Shown here: one piece after another, positions 50,171 through 59,610 of the stretch
Layout of the letters: each line of letters begins with the position of its first letter
How positions within the stretch are numbered: the first letter of the stretch is position 1
Source of the DNA: an uncultured Verrucomicrobiae bacterium
Lineage (GTDB): Bacteria > Verrucomicrobiota > Verrucomicrobiia > Limisphaerales > Palsa-1400
DNA length: 64,000 bases
Reading direction: 5' to 3'
NCBI GenBank assembly: GCA_963764165.1
Contig: CAVXRD010000002.1
Location: forward strand, 992,001 to 1,056,000
The notes under the pieces: model-generated
Told to the model about the DNA's origin: nothing
What the model saw: only the letters and a program-made list of their open reading frames with translations
Databases searched by the model: none
Made by a program: the position numbers and the translations under genes

Positions 50171-51064
50171 ATGAGATTCATATTGTCAGCTATCTGGAGA
50201 ATCTGTCTGGCGACGAATTGCCTGGTCGCCGTTCTCGGCGGCGCCCAATGCCACGCAGGGCTTGTTTTTCAGCCCGCCCCGCCCGATCAACAGAAAGCGG
50301 TTGAGAGTTGGTGCAAGAAACACCTGCCGGGTCAGTCGTGGCCTGCTTCCGCCACAAATTGGCTTGCTGAAGATATTAAGACTGGCATAGCCGTCCAATC
50401 TTATTACGTGGAACCTAAAGACGTCGCCGCCGGTCGGCTTTTTTCCGCAGTGAAGCGAGGAGCGTGGACTTTTCTTATCACGGACAAAGACATCGTTATC
50501 GGTTGCGCGTGGTGCGCTGCCGACTCGGCGTTATGCACCGGTTTCGGAACAAACGTTGATCCGGCGGCGCTTAGCGTCGTCGAACAGTTACCCCAAACAA
50601 AAGCGCAGGATTATGAAGTGCGGGATTTTGGGGCCGGCCTTTTCCGCGGACTCTGGTTGCATGGAAAAACAAACGAAATTCTCATCCCAGCCGACTCTGG
50701 CTACGGTAGCTGGGTTCCGTATCGCCCCATCTCGGAGGCTCAACTGCTTAAAATCTCACAGCCCTATGAACGAAAGGCGATTCCCATGGCGAAAAAGGCG
50801 CATGATCAGTTCATTCAATTCAGGGAAGGAATTCTAAAGTATGAACGGGCCATGATGCGCTTTGAGAAGGCGCACCGCGGAAGCTCAGATCGAATTTCGC
50901 TCTTTCACATATCAGATGTGCAGTCGATCAGCTCAACCGTCGAGGTCGTCAAATTGGAGGGAAAAAGGGTTGATGAAAGCTCCGTTGGTTACAGTGCGCG
51001 AGTCGTCTTCAAAGACAAACGTCACTCTATCGTGAAACATGTGCAAATTCTGACGAAATTATGA
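50171..51064 (+). CDS. Hypothetical secreted protein
   Basis: 297-codon ORF with signal-peptide-like N-terminus; no recognised domain. Confidence 0.65.
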   Translation: MRFILSAIWRICLATNCLVAVLGGAQCHAGLVFQPAPPDQQKAVESWCKKHLPGQSWPASATNWLAEDIKTGIAVQSYYVEPKDVAAGRLFSAVKRGAWTFLITDKDIVIGCAWCAADSALCTGFGTNVDPAALSVVEQLPQTKAQDYEVRDFGAGLFRGLWLHGKTNEILIPADSGYGSWVPYRPISEAQLLKISQPYERKAIPMAKKAHDQFIQFREGILKYERAMMRFEKAHRGSSDRISLFHISDVQSISSTVEVVKLEGKRVDESSVGYSARVVFKDKRHSIVKHVQILTKL

Positions 51065-51392
51065 ATGGCTCGCCTCGCAGTTGCGCCGGTTTTGGTTTGT
51101 CACTGGCATTATGGGCAACGCTCGATTTGCACCGCAAGTATACCATCCAAACCGCAGGTCGACTCCCGGCGGTGTTGATAGTCGCTGTTTTAGCCAAAAA
51201 AGGCGTCACCAACATAATTGCATATTTCACAAGGGCCACCCGCTCCAGCCGTGCTTTCTCAATTTTCGTCGCAAGCGTCAGTCCTCACTTTTCGCACTTT
51301 TGTTTCTCGCACGGTTCGACACATGCCTCCAACTGACCATTTCCGCGAAAGTGCGTTGAATCCAGAAAGCTTTATATGACAGCGCACCCAAT

Positions 51393-51809
51393 TCAATGCA
51401 GCAGTTCCACCAGACCCGTTTCATTCGCAAAGCTTTTTGCCAACGGTTCATCGAGAGTTGCCAGGCTGAATCGATATTGCCGGGCGAGCGCTACAAGATA
51501 GCGGTCGGTGATTTGATTTGCGCCCGCCATCAGTTCCGTTCGCACGGCGCGGTCGGTGCAGCTCAAGTCGTCGGAAATGAATTCATGGCGCGGGTCACTG
51601 ATGAATTGGCGGAGAACGCCAAACGCCAGTTCGGGCGTCAAGCCGTAACCGAGCAGGGGATGCGAGGAGACGCGCGCAAAACCAAGCTGGACAACCGGGC
51701 AGGTCGCAAAGGCGGAAATGCCCCTGAACCACGAACGGGCCCGGGAGTGATGCTCGTGATTTTCCCAAAGCAACGCCATGAGCAAATTGACATCAAGCAA
51801 TCGGGTCAC
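51393..51809 (-). CDS. vapC: VapC-family PIN ribonuclease toxin
   Basis: LLDVNLLMAL....HEHH..A..W, ATCP..QLGF.R, TD.YLVALA, LATLD. Confidence 0.88.
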   Translation of the reverse strand: MTRLLDVNLLMALLWENHEHHSRARSWFRGISAFATCPVVQLGFARVSSHPLLGYGLTPELAFGVLRQFISDPRHEFISDDLSCTDRAVRTELMAGANQITDRYLVALARQYRFSLATLDEPLAKSFANETGLVELLH

Positions 51810-52015
51810 GGGGTCCGGCTTTCAATCTCGTGAACAAGTTGCGAAGTGATGGTTCGGCCGTCGGCGCGGATGACGGGCAAACCGTCCCCTTCGGTGCCAA
51901 CGGAAAAATGGTGGCGCGTCATTGAACTGCCGTTTTCTGCGATAAACTGCGCGACTCGCGCCTGTTCATTCGCGGACAATTCTTTGATTCGCTCAATGAT
52001 TTCAACGGCACTCAT
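51806..52015 (-). CDS. Putative antitoxin
   Basis: 69 aa, DGLPVI...ITS.LV C-terminus; GTGA overlap with vapC. Confidence 0.72.
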   Translation of the reverse strand: MSAVEIIERIKELSANEQARVAQFIAENGSSMTRHHFSVGTEGDGLPVIRADGRTITSQLVHEIESRTP

Positions 52016-52099
52016 GGGTTAATTGTCCGGAAAAATTCATTTTTGGCAAGCGCATTGCCCTTCGCACGCAAGTGTCGGCCATTACTTTTCGCACTTCTT

Positions 52100-52526
52100 C
52101 CTTTCCTGCTTTTATCCGTCGTCCGCAGGCCCAGGAACCGTGGCGCAAACGCCCGCCGGTGGAAGGCGATTCGCTACTGCGAAATCTGCTGGACCTCAAC
52201 TGTCTACGGCACCATCTGCAAGACAATGACATCTCGGGGACATTCGGCGTGGAGGCGAAGGGTTGTCGGCTGCAGGTTTGTGAAGGTTGGCAAATCGAGC
52301 ACGACGCGGATTTCTTTTTGACTCGGCTGGAACAACGCCGGGTCCCTGCAGACAGCGGTAACCACAACTTCCTCGGGAATGAAACTAAACGAATGGGTCT
52401 TGCCTTCAGCGAATTTTGTCGTGATGGGCGCGCGGATGTCGCGGGCGTGAGCGAGTTGGACTCGTAGAGTATGTCGGCTTTGCCTTGTCCCGCCAATAAT
52501 GTCGCCATGACTATGACAGCGGCCAT
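52100..52526 (-). pseudogene. Possible degraded secreted-protein gene
   Basis: Signal-peptide-like AAVIVMATLLAGQGKA-DILYESNS, then no frame stays convincingly protein-like. Confidence 0.3.
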
Positions 52527-52574
52527 ATCCGAAGCCCACCCGCCCCAACCTTGGGATCTCGATTTCCGGTCGCT

Positions 52575-54329
52575 CTACCGGCTCCGTTTCCGTTTCAACT
52601 CCTGCCGCAATTTATCCAGCGGCAGCGTGTTGATGACATCTGCAGCCTCAAGCCATCCCTTGCGCGCCACTCCCGCCCCAAGCCGCAAATAGCTGGCGTG
52701 CTCGTTGCGGTGGGCGTCGCAGTTGATGACGCACTTCACGCCTTTTTCCTTCGCGCGATGCCATAGCCGCCAATCCATATCGAGCCGCATCGGGCTGGCG
52801 TTAAGCTCAATCCAGGTGCCCGTCGCGGCGCATGCGTCGATCACGGCGATCTGGTTGATCTTGTAAGCCTCACGCTCCAGCAGCAACCGGCCCGTCATGT
52901 GGCCGAGCATGTGGACGTATTTGTTTTCCACCGCGGCGATGACGCGCTTGGTCATTTCCGCCTCGCTCTGCGTGAAACCCTGATGGACACTCGCCACCAC
53001 CACGTCCAATTCCGCCAGCAAATCGTCGTCAAAATCCAGTTTGCCGCCTGCCAGAATATCCACCTCGGAGCCTGTCAATAATCGGAAATCGGTTCCGTCG
53101 GTTTCGAGTTTCTTATTGACTGCGCGGACAGCCTCAAGTTGCTCGCGCAGGCGCTCGGGCGTCAAGCCGTTCGCTTGAAAGGAGGCCTTTGAATGATCCG
53201 TGATGGCCCAATAGGCGCAGCCCAATTCCATCATGTAATCGGCGATTTGCTCCAGCGTGCATCGCCCGTCGCTCCAGTTGGAATGGTTGTGCAGGGAGCC
53301 TTTCAATTCTGTCCAATCCAGCAGGCGCGGGATTTCGCTTTTCTCGGCGGCGGCGAATTCGCCCGCGTCTTCGCGCAATTCCGGCGGGACATAGGCCAGG
53401 CCCAAGGTCTGGAAAACCTCTTCCTCTGTCGCGCAGGCCACCAGCAAATTTGGGTCGCGCGTTTCCACATCCGACTTGAACAATCCGTATTCGTTCAAAC
53501 GCAAGCCGCGCTGGATCGCGCGCTGGCGCATGATGATGTTGTGCTCCTTGCTGCCGGTGAAATAAAGCAGGGCGAAGGGAAATTCGCTGTCGCTGACGAC
53601 GCGCAAATCCGCCTGGATGCCGCCGGTGAGGATGACGCTCGCCTTCGTCTCGCCCTTGGCAGAAACAGTGAGCACGCCCGTTTGTTTGACGAAAAAATCA
53701 ATCACTTCCGCCGGATTTTTCGACGAGGCCAGAAAATCGATGTCGCCGATAATCTCCTTCGACCGGCGCAAGCTGCCTGCATTGCTGCAGCGGATGACAT
53801 CCGGATGCGCCCGCAGGCTGTCAAGTATGGGGGCGGCGGCGGCGAAGGCGGCCCCGAGCAAATGGCGCGAGGCGTATAGCCGCATAAATTGAATGCCCTC
53901 CAAAATCTTCGCCTGCGTCTTCTCGCCGAAGCCGTCGAGCACCGCTACTTTGCCGGTGTTGCAGGCGGCCTCCAGCGCCTCGATCGTTTCGATGCCGAGT
54001 TTTTCATTGAGCGCCTTGACCTTCTTGGGGCCGACGCCGGGAATGTGCAGCATTTCCAGCAAGCCGGGCGGCACGGAAGCCTTGAGTTCGTCGTAATAGG
54101 CGAGCTTGCCGGTGGTGGCGAGTTCGGTGATTTTCTTTTGCAGCGCCTCGCCGATGCCCTTGATTTCGCCGAGGCGGTCTTCCTCAATCAATTTTTCGAG
54201 CGGTTCGCCGAGGCTTTCGAGGGTGCGGGCGGCATTGGCGTAGGCGCGCGTTTTGAACACGACCTCTCCCTTGAGTTCCAGCAGGATCCCAATCTCCGAG
54301 AGAATCTCCGCAATCTCGTCCTTTGTCAT
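52575..54329 (-). CDS. polX: DNA polymerase X / PHP 3'-5' exonuclease
   Basis: FKTRAY..AA, HhH GIG and GVGPK, AGSLRR...GDIDFL, QADLR, YFTGSKEHN; PHP HNHS..SDG, TDHS, G.EVDI, DAH. Confidence 0.95.
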   Translation of the reverse strand: MTKDEIAEILSEIGILLELKGEVVFKTRAYANAARTLESLGEPLEKLIEEDRLGEIKGIGEALQKKITELATTGKLAYYDELKASVPPGLLEMLHIPGVGPKKVKALNEKLGIETIEALEAACNTGKVAVLDGFGEKTQAKILEGIQFMRLYASRHLLGAAFAAAAPILDSLRAHPDVIRCSNAGSLRRSKEIIGDIDFLASSKNPAEVIDFFVKQTGVLTVSAKGETKASVILTGGIQADLRVVSDSEFPFALLYFTGSKEHNIIMRQRAIQRGLRLNEYGLFKSDVETRDPNLLVACATEEEVFQTLGLAYVPPELREDAGEFAAAEKSEIPRLLDWTELKGSLHNHSNWSDGRCTLEQIADYMMELGCAYWAITDHSKASFQANGLTPERLREQLEAVRAVNKKLETDGTDFRLLTGSEVDILAGGKLDFDDDLLAELDVVVASVHQGFTQSEAEMTKRVIAAVENKYVHMLGHMTGRLLLEREAYKINQIAVIDACAATGTWIELNASPMRLDMDWRLWHRAKEKGVKCVINCDAHRNEHASYLRLGAGVARKGWLEAADVINTLPLDKLRQELKRKRSR

Positions 54330-54405
54330 CATATCAAGATAACCCAAGCCCAAGTGCCCAATTCAACACTTTCTTGCGCGGATGCGTGACCATATTGGGG
54401 AAAAA

Positions 54406-54543
54406 TTGAATCTGGAACGGCCGAACTCAGGAAATGAGACTGAAGATGGATTCACACGCGCCGTTTATTTGGGACGGAGCGCCACCGGGCTTTTTTTCAA
54501 CAATGATCTTTTCACTCCGCGTCCTCGGTCTTCCTCCTGTTCA
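54406..54543. repeat. Hybrid repeat pair: GxxExxY-type left arm and related right arm
   Basis: ttgaatctggaacggccgaactcaggaaatgag (54406-54438); inverted TGAACAGGAGGAAGACCGAGGACGCGGAG (54515-54543) similar to 58991-59021. Confidence 0.7.
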
Positions 54544-54560
54544 TTTTTTTCCCGGCCCAG

Positions 54561-54703
54561 GGCAGACGCATCTTAATTCCAAGGCACCGCCTCGCCGAGG
54601 CGTCCGGAGTCAGGCATTCGTCACGCGCCAGCCGTGGCATTATTCCCGCGCAACCGGACGCCTCGGCGAGGCGTCCCTGCCTCAGAATTTAGATGCGTCT
54701 GCC
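54561..54703. repeat. REPIN-like doublet, family A, with extended arms
   Basis: ggcagacgcatcttaattc...cgcctcgccgaggcgtccgg pairs with ccggacgcctcggcgaggcg...gaatttagatgcgtctgcc. Confidence 0.85.
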
Positions 54704-54750
54704 TGTTTCCCGGCCAGCCGCCCATTGACATTTTTGATTTTCGTGAGACG

Positions 54751-56775
54751 ATGGACGCCTTAGTGAGGCGGTTGTTCATCTTATTTTGTGCGGCGGTTTG
54801 CGCTTTGGCCGTGCTTTCCCAAGTGGCTCGGGCGCAGGATAGCGATGAGGTTATCACCAATTTTGCCGAGGCGGATGCCAATATCGGAGAGCGCCTTTTT
54901 CTGGAGACTCGGTTTTCGCAGTATTTCTACACCAACTCCGGCGGAAACGCGAATGCGGACATCCCCGGCGATCCCACCGTGGCAATGCTGCTGACCACCT
55001 CGAACCTTGTCACCGGGCCGTTTGCCGGACAGGCGATGAACTGCCGGCAATGCCATATCGTGGATGAGAAAGGCTATGGGCCGTATGGCGATATGACTCT
55101 GGGCAACCGAACATACGCTGACTTCGCCCAGCGCAGTCCCATTCCACCCCGCGACGATGGGCGCACCCAGACTCCTCGCAACGCGCAGCCGCTGGTGGAT
55201 GCGTTGATTCCGCGCCCGGGGCCAACGTTCCTTCACTATGACGGCCAATTTGCCACCGTGCATGACCTGATCATCGGCACGATGACGGGCCGAAATTACG
55301 GCTGGGAGCCGCAGGAATACCAGACGGCCATCCATCATATCGCCCAGATTATCCGAAACGACGATGGCATGGGTTATCTGGCCACCGAGGAACGGGGCGG
55401 GCGTTTCGACACGCTGCCCGATGGGATGGCGCTTTCCGGCGAGGTGTCCTATGCCAATATCTTTTCGGGATTCATGCACAACGGCAGCTACATGTATGAT
55501 CCGCGGACGCTGACGCCGATGCTCATTTCCCCGCAGTACGTCGTAAACATCGACAGCCCCCAGACTACGGACGTGCAAATCGTCGATACCGCGGCTTCGC
55601 TCATCGAGGCGTATTTGCTGAATCTCTTTTTCTCGCAGGGCACCAATGGATTGAATTTTGTCGGAGCCGGGACGCCGATCTTCAACGGCTCGCCGTTCGA
55701 CACCTTTCTGATCAAGAACGGGCTGCCGCAAGTCCCGGCGCAAAATGAAACGGCCATTCAATATTCGCAACGGCTGCTGACTCTGGTCGAAACGCAGACG
55801 AACCTGCAATTCGTCACCGATCCGGATGACGGTTCGTTCACCACCCTGGCGCAATCGTTCACGTTCGGAACCAACGAATTGGAGGGATTGAAGATTTTCC
55901 TGCGCAACACGAATGCCCTGGCCGCGAACCATTCCGTCAACGTTGGAAATTGCGCCACCTGCCACACGCCGCCGGCCTTCACGGATTTTATTTTTCACAA
56001 CACCGGCGCGACGCAGGAGGAATACGATGCGATCAACGGCGCGGGGGCGTTCGCGAATCTGCCGGTGCCGGATTTGGCCACGCGGAACTCGAATTATAAC
56101 GCCTATCTCCCGCCCACGCCGCAGCATCCGACCGCGCTCGGGATATTCGAGATGCCGCCCTCCACGAATCAGCCTGCCGCGGTGGATTTGGGCCTGTGGA
56201 ATGTGTACGCCAATCCCGACTTCCCCGCGCCGCAAACCAACTTCGCGGCGATCGCCTACAAGTTCCTAGGCTTGAGCGTGCCGCAATTGGTCAACGAGCA
56301 GGCGGGCGCCACGAATTTTACTTTCACTGGAACGAATGGAACGCCCGGCGCGGCCTTTAGCATTCTGTCCGCCACCACGCTGGGTTCGCCCTTCAACTGG
56401 AGCGTCGTCACCACCGGCGTCTTCGACACGAACGGCGCCTTCCAAGCCAGCTTTCCGATCCTCACTAACGCGCCGCAGCAGTTCTACAAGGTTGAATTGC
56501 AAGTGCCGGGCCGGGACGTCGTCCTGCCCCACACCATCGCCCTTTTCAAAACATCCAACCTGCGCGACCTCGCCATGTCGGATCCGTATTTGCACACCGG
56601 CCGGATGGGTTCGCTGGAGCAAGTGATCCAGTTCTACCAAACGTTTTCCGAAATGGCGCGCACCAACCAAGTCCGCAACGGCGACATCGAGCTGCAAAAC
56701 ATTTCGTTGAATACCAACGCCGTCGCCCCCCTGGCCGCCTTCCTGCGGGCGCTCAACGAAGACTACACGGATTGA
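54751..56775 (+). CDS. Di-heme cytochrome c peroxidase/MauG-superfamily protein
   Basis: Signal peptide, GERLFLETRF, CRQCH (55042-55056), RNAQPL, CATCH (55951-55965), FHNTG, FKTSNLRD, PYLHTG. Confidence 0.85.
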   Translation: MDALVRRLFILFCAAVCALAVLSQVARAQDSDEVITNFAEADANIGERLFLETRFSQYFYTNSGGNANADIPGDPTVAMLLTTSNLVTGPFAGQAMNCRQCHIVDEKGYGPYGDMTLGNRTYADFAQRSPIPPRDDGRTQTPRNAQPLVDALIPRPGPTFLHYDGQFATVHDLIIGTMTGRNYGWEPQEYQTAIHHIAQIIRNDDGMGYLATEERGGRFDTLPDGMALSGEVSYANIFSGFMHNGSYMYDPRTLTPMLISPQYVVNIDSPQTTDVQIVDTAASLIEAYLLNLFFSQGTNGLNFVGAGTPIFNGSPFDTFLIKNGLPQVPAQNETAIQYSQRLLTLVETQTNLQFVTDPDDGSFTTLAQSFTFGTNELEGLKIFLRNTNALAANHSVNVGNCATCHTPPAFTDFIFHNTGATQEEYDAINGAGAFANLPVPDLATRNSNYNAYLPPTPQHPTALGIFEMPPSTNQPAAVDLGLWNVYANPDFPAPQTNFAAIAYKFLGLSVPQLVNEQAGATNFTFTGTNGTPGAAFSILSATTLGSPFNWSVVTTGVFDTNGAFQASFPILTNAPQQFYKVELQVPGRDVVLPHTIALFKTSNLRDLAMSDPYLHTGRMGSLEQVIQFYQTFSEMARTNQVRNGDIELQNISLNTNAVAPLAAFLRALNEDYTD

Positions 56776-57059
56776 CGCCCAAATCGTAGGCGGGCGTGGC
56801 AGGCCGAGGCTCCAGCCGTTTCGTTGTTTTCGCTCCTGGATTAGATGTGAGGAAATCCGCCGGCACAACGGGCTGTGACTCGGTGCCAAGCACCTGTCGA
56901 ATCACGCATTGCAAACTATAACGGCTTGACTTGCGGCCTCTTTGGCTGACCTCGAGACATGGCTGGGCCAAACCCCTCGGCCGATCATCCCGGATTGAAT
57001 CGACAACCTGTGGTATCAGGTCGGATCGAACCATTAGGATGTGATGGGCGTCCAACTTC

Positions 57060-58973
57060 TCAAGAAATAATCCCGCGCTTGCGAAGCATGGCGTCCATCG
57101 CTTTGTCCATTAGCAATTGCGCGAGTGGACCGCTAGCTTGATCGAGGGCGTCCACAGCGGATTTCAATCGGCTGACATCGCCCGTTTGTTTTTCCACGTT
57201 TTCGCCGGATAGGACTTCTTCAACCGCTTTCATTGCCTGTTCAACTTGTTCCTGATTCGCGGCGTCCAACTCGCCTTCGCAGGCGGCAAGGCCCTTGCGG
57301 GCGGCGGCCAGAGTTTCGGTTGCCCGCAATTTCGCTTCGATCCACTGGCGGGAGCGCATGTCGTCGAAGGCGTGTTCGACAGATTCTTCCACCATTTTTT
57401 CTACCGCCGCGTCGGACACGTCCACCGCCGACTTCATCTCCACAATTTTTTGCGCGCCGGTGCGGGTGTCGCGGGCCAGCACGTGGAGGATGCCGTTGGC
57501 GTCGATCTCGAATTGAACGCCAACGCGCGGCACGCCTTTTGGCAGAGGCGCGAAGTCGAGGGTGAATCGGCCCAGGGTCCAATTGTCCGCCGCGCGCTCG
57601 CGCTCGCCTTGGAGGACGTGGATCAGCATGTCGCGCTGGTAATCGACGGCGGTGGTGAACATCTCGCCGGCTTTGATGGGGATGGTCGAATTGCGTGGGA
57701 TGAGCACATTCATCAAACCGCCAAACGTCTCCAAGCCGAGCGACAACGGCGTTATGTCAAGCAACAGGAGATTGCGGAATCCGCCCGAGAGAATTTCCGC
57801 CTGGATGGCTGCGCCCAGCGCCACGGCCTCATCGGGATTCTGCGATGTGTTCAGCGCGGGCCCGGCGGATTTGTGGTAATCCTGGCCCAACCGGAGATCG
57901 CCCCGAGCTTCGTCGAATTCCGCGCAGCCAAAAATCTCGGACACCATCCGGCGAACGAGCGGCATCCGCGTCTGGCCGCCAACCAGAATCACTTGGTCCA
58001 AATCCTTGGCTTCCAATTTCGCGTCCGCCAGCGAGCGCAGGCAATGCGCGCGCGTCTTGGCAACGAGGTCCGTCGTGACGGACTCCAACTCCGTTCTCGT
58101 CAGCGTGTAGTCAAAATGAAAATCCGGGGTGAGGAATGGCAGTGAGATTTTTGCTTCCTCCTCGGAGGATAGGCGGATTTTCGCCTGTTCGGCCGCTTCC
58201 CGCACGCGGGCCAGGACTGGCGCATCATGCGAAAGGCCAGGCCCACCCCCGAGTCTGATTTTGTCAAATATAAGCTGAACCACCCGCTGATCCAAATCAT
58301 CGCCGCCGAGGCGCGTGTTGCCGTTGGTGGAAAGAACCTGGAACACGCCTTCGTTCAACTCCAATATGGAAAGATCAAATGTCCCGCCGCCTAAATCGTA
58401 AACGGCGATTTTCGATTTCTCGCGCAATTTTGCCAGGCCGTAAGCCAGCGCCGCCGCCGTCGGTTCATTGACGATGCGCTCGACCGTGAATCCCGCGAGT
58501 TCGCCAGCTTTCTTGGTGGCATTGCGCTGGGCGTCGTTGAAATAGGCCGGGACGGTGATGACCGCGCGGGTCACCGGCTCGCCCAGCGCAGCCTCGGCGT
58601 CGGCCTTAAGTTTCTTCAGCACTTCCGCCGAAATTTCCTCTGGGGTCAGCAAGCGTCCGCCGAGATCAACAGTTACCGGCCCTGCTCCGCTTCCGGCGAC
58701 CGCATAGTTGACCTGCCGTTCTTCGGGCGAAATCTCCGAACCTCGGCGGCCCATGAATCGTTTGATGGAATAAATGGTCTCCGCCGGCTTGAGAATTCGG
58801 ATGCGATTCGCCTGCTCGCCAACCACAGGAGCGCCGCCATCGGAAGGAAAATGCACGACCGAAGGCGTCAATCTCCGGCCTGTGCCATCGGCGATCACGT
58901 AAGGGACGCCGGAATCCACGGTTGCGACCAGCGAGTTGGTTGTGCCGAGGTCGATGCCGATGATTTTGCTCAT
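57060..58973 (-). CDS. Hsp70-family chaperone (DnaK/HscA-like paralogue)
   Basis: [67 protein letters not shown]. Confidence 0.93.
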   Translation of the reverse strand: MSKIIGIDLGTTNSLVATVDSGVPYVIADGTGRRLTPSVVHFPSDGGAPVVGEQANRIRILKPAETIYSIKRFMGRRGSEISPEERQVNYAVAGSGAGPVTVDLGGRLLTPEEISAEVLKKLKADAEAALGEPVTRAVITVPAYFNDAQRNATKKAGELAGFTVERIVNEPTAAALAYGLAKLREKSKIAVYDLGGGTFDLSILELNEGVFQVLSTNGNTRLGGDDLDQRVVQLIFDKIRLGGGPGLSHDAPVLARVREAAEQAKIRLSSEEEAKISLPFLTPDFHFDYTLTRTELESVTTDLVAKTRAHCLRSLADAKLEAKDLDQVILVGGQTRMPLVRRMVSEIFGCAEFDEARGDLRLGQDYHKSAGPALNTSQNPDEAVALGAAIQAEILSGGFRNLLLLDITPLSLGLETFGGLMNVLIPRNSTIPIKAGEMFTTAVDYQRDMLIHVLQGERERAADNWTLGRFTLDFAPLPKGVPRVGVQFEIDANGILHVLARDTRTGAQKIVEMKSAVDVSDAAVEKMVEESVEHAFDDMRSRQWIEAKLRATETLAAARKGLAACEGELDAANQEQVEQAMKAVEEVLSGENVEKQTGDVSRLKSAVDALDQASGPLAQLLMDKAMDAMLRKRGIIS

Positions 58974-58990
58974 GTGCGAGTAAAATAAAA

Positions 58991-59021
58991 TTCTAACAGG
59001 AGGAAGGACGAGGAAACGGAG
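58991..59021 (+). repeat. Solo AACAGGAG-type repeat arm
   Basis: ttctaacaggaggaaggacgaggaaacggag; 23/27 match to the reverse complement of 54515-54541. Confidence 0.65.
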
Positions 59022-59043
59022 CCGGAAATCCTACTAATTCCGG

Positions 59044-59502
59044 TTAACGGGAAATATCGGCCTGCCGCAAAACCCGGAATCCGTGGCGGGTCAGGATTTT
59101 TTCGCCCACTTCATCGTCCTCCATGCTGACCCCAAGCAGCGATTTGCCCTGCGGATGCGGAATGAAGCAGTACATATAGTTGACGTTGACTTCGGCTTCG
59201 AGAAACGCTGCCATCAATTCGGGCAATTGCGTCGCATCGTCAATTTCCACCACGACGAGGTTGCTCTCGGTGAACGCGAAATGGTTGTCCTGCAAAATGT
59301 GGCGGGCCGCCTGCGGATCGTCCACCACGATGCGAATAATGGCCGTCTCTGAAGTATCCAAAACCGTGACGGCCAGGACATGAACCCCGCTCTTGCTCAG
59401 CAGCGCGATCAAATCATGCAGACGCCCCATCCGGTTTGCGGTGAAGATGGAAAATTGCGTTACCCATTCTGGCTGCCGTCCCCGAGCTGTTTTCGTCGTC
59501 AT
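59044..59502 (-). CDS. Tandem ACT-domain protein
   Basis: QFSIF..NR.GRL..L...L...GV.V.A....DT....IIRIVVDDP; second ACT with VNVNYMY. Confidence 0.88.
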   Translation of the reverse strand: MTTKTARGRQPEWVTQFSIFTANRMGRLHDLIALLSKSGVHVLAVTVLDTSETAIIRIVVDDPQAARHILQDNHFAFTESNLVVVEIDDATQLPELMAAFLEAEVNVNYMYCFIPHPQGKSLLGVSMEDDEVGEKILTRHGFRVLRQADISR

Positions 59503-59580
59503 GCCCTCAATAAGCCACATGAACGCCCGAAGTTCAAAGTTCAAAAATGCAATTTGTGGCAGGCGTGCGGCGGTAAAAAT

Positions 59581-59610
59581 CACGGTAGGGCGAGGCTCCC
59601 GCCGAGCCGT
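59581..59610 (+). repeat. GTAG-type REP, family B
   Basis: 30/30 identical to 48514-48543. Confidence 0.85.

Noticed and set aside
48514..52570. Prophage or classical integron
   Set aside because: No integrase, phage genes or clear attC (RYYYAAC...GTTRRRY) structures recognised.
54634..54750. N-terminal extension of the cytochrome c ORF
   Set aside because: It reads through a REPIN; the signal peptide starts near 54751.
56785..56995. Weak inverted similarity (ggccgaggctccagcc / ggctgggccaaacccctcggcc) between convergent genes
   Set aside because: Too degenerate to call; may be a decayed REP pair.
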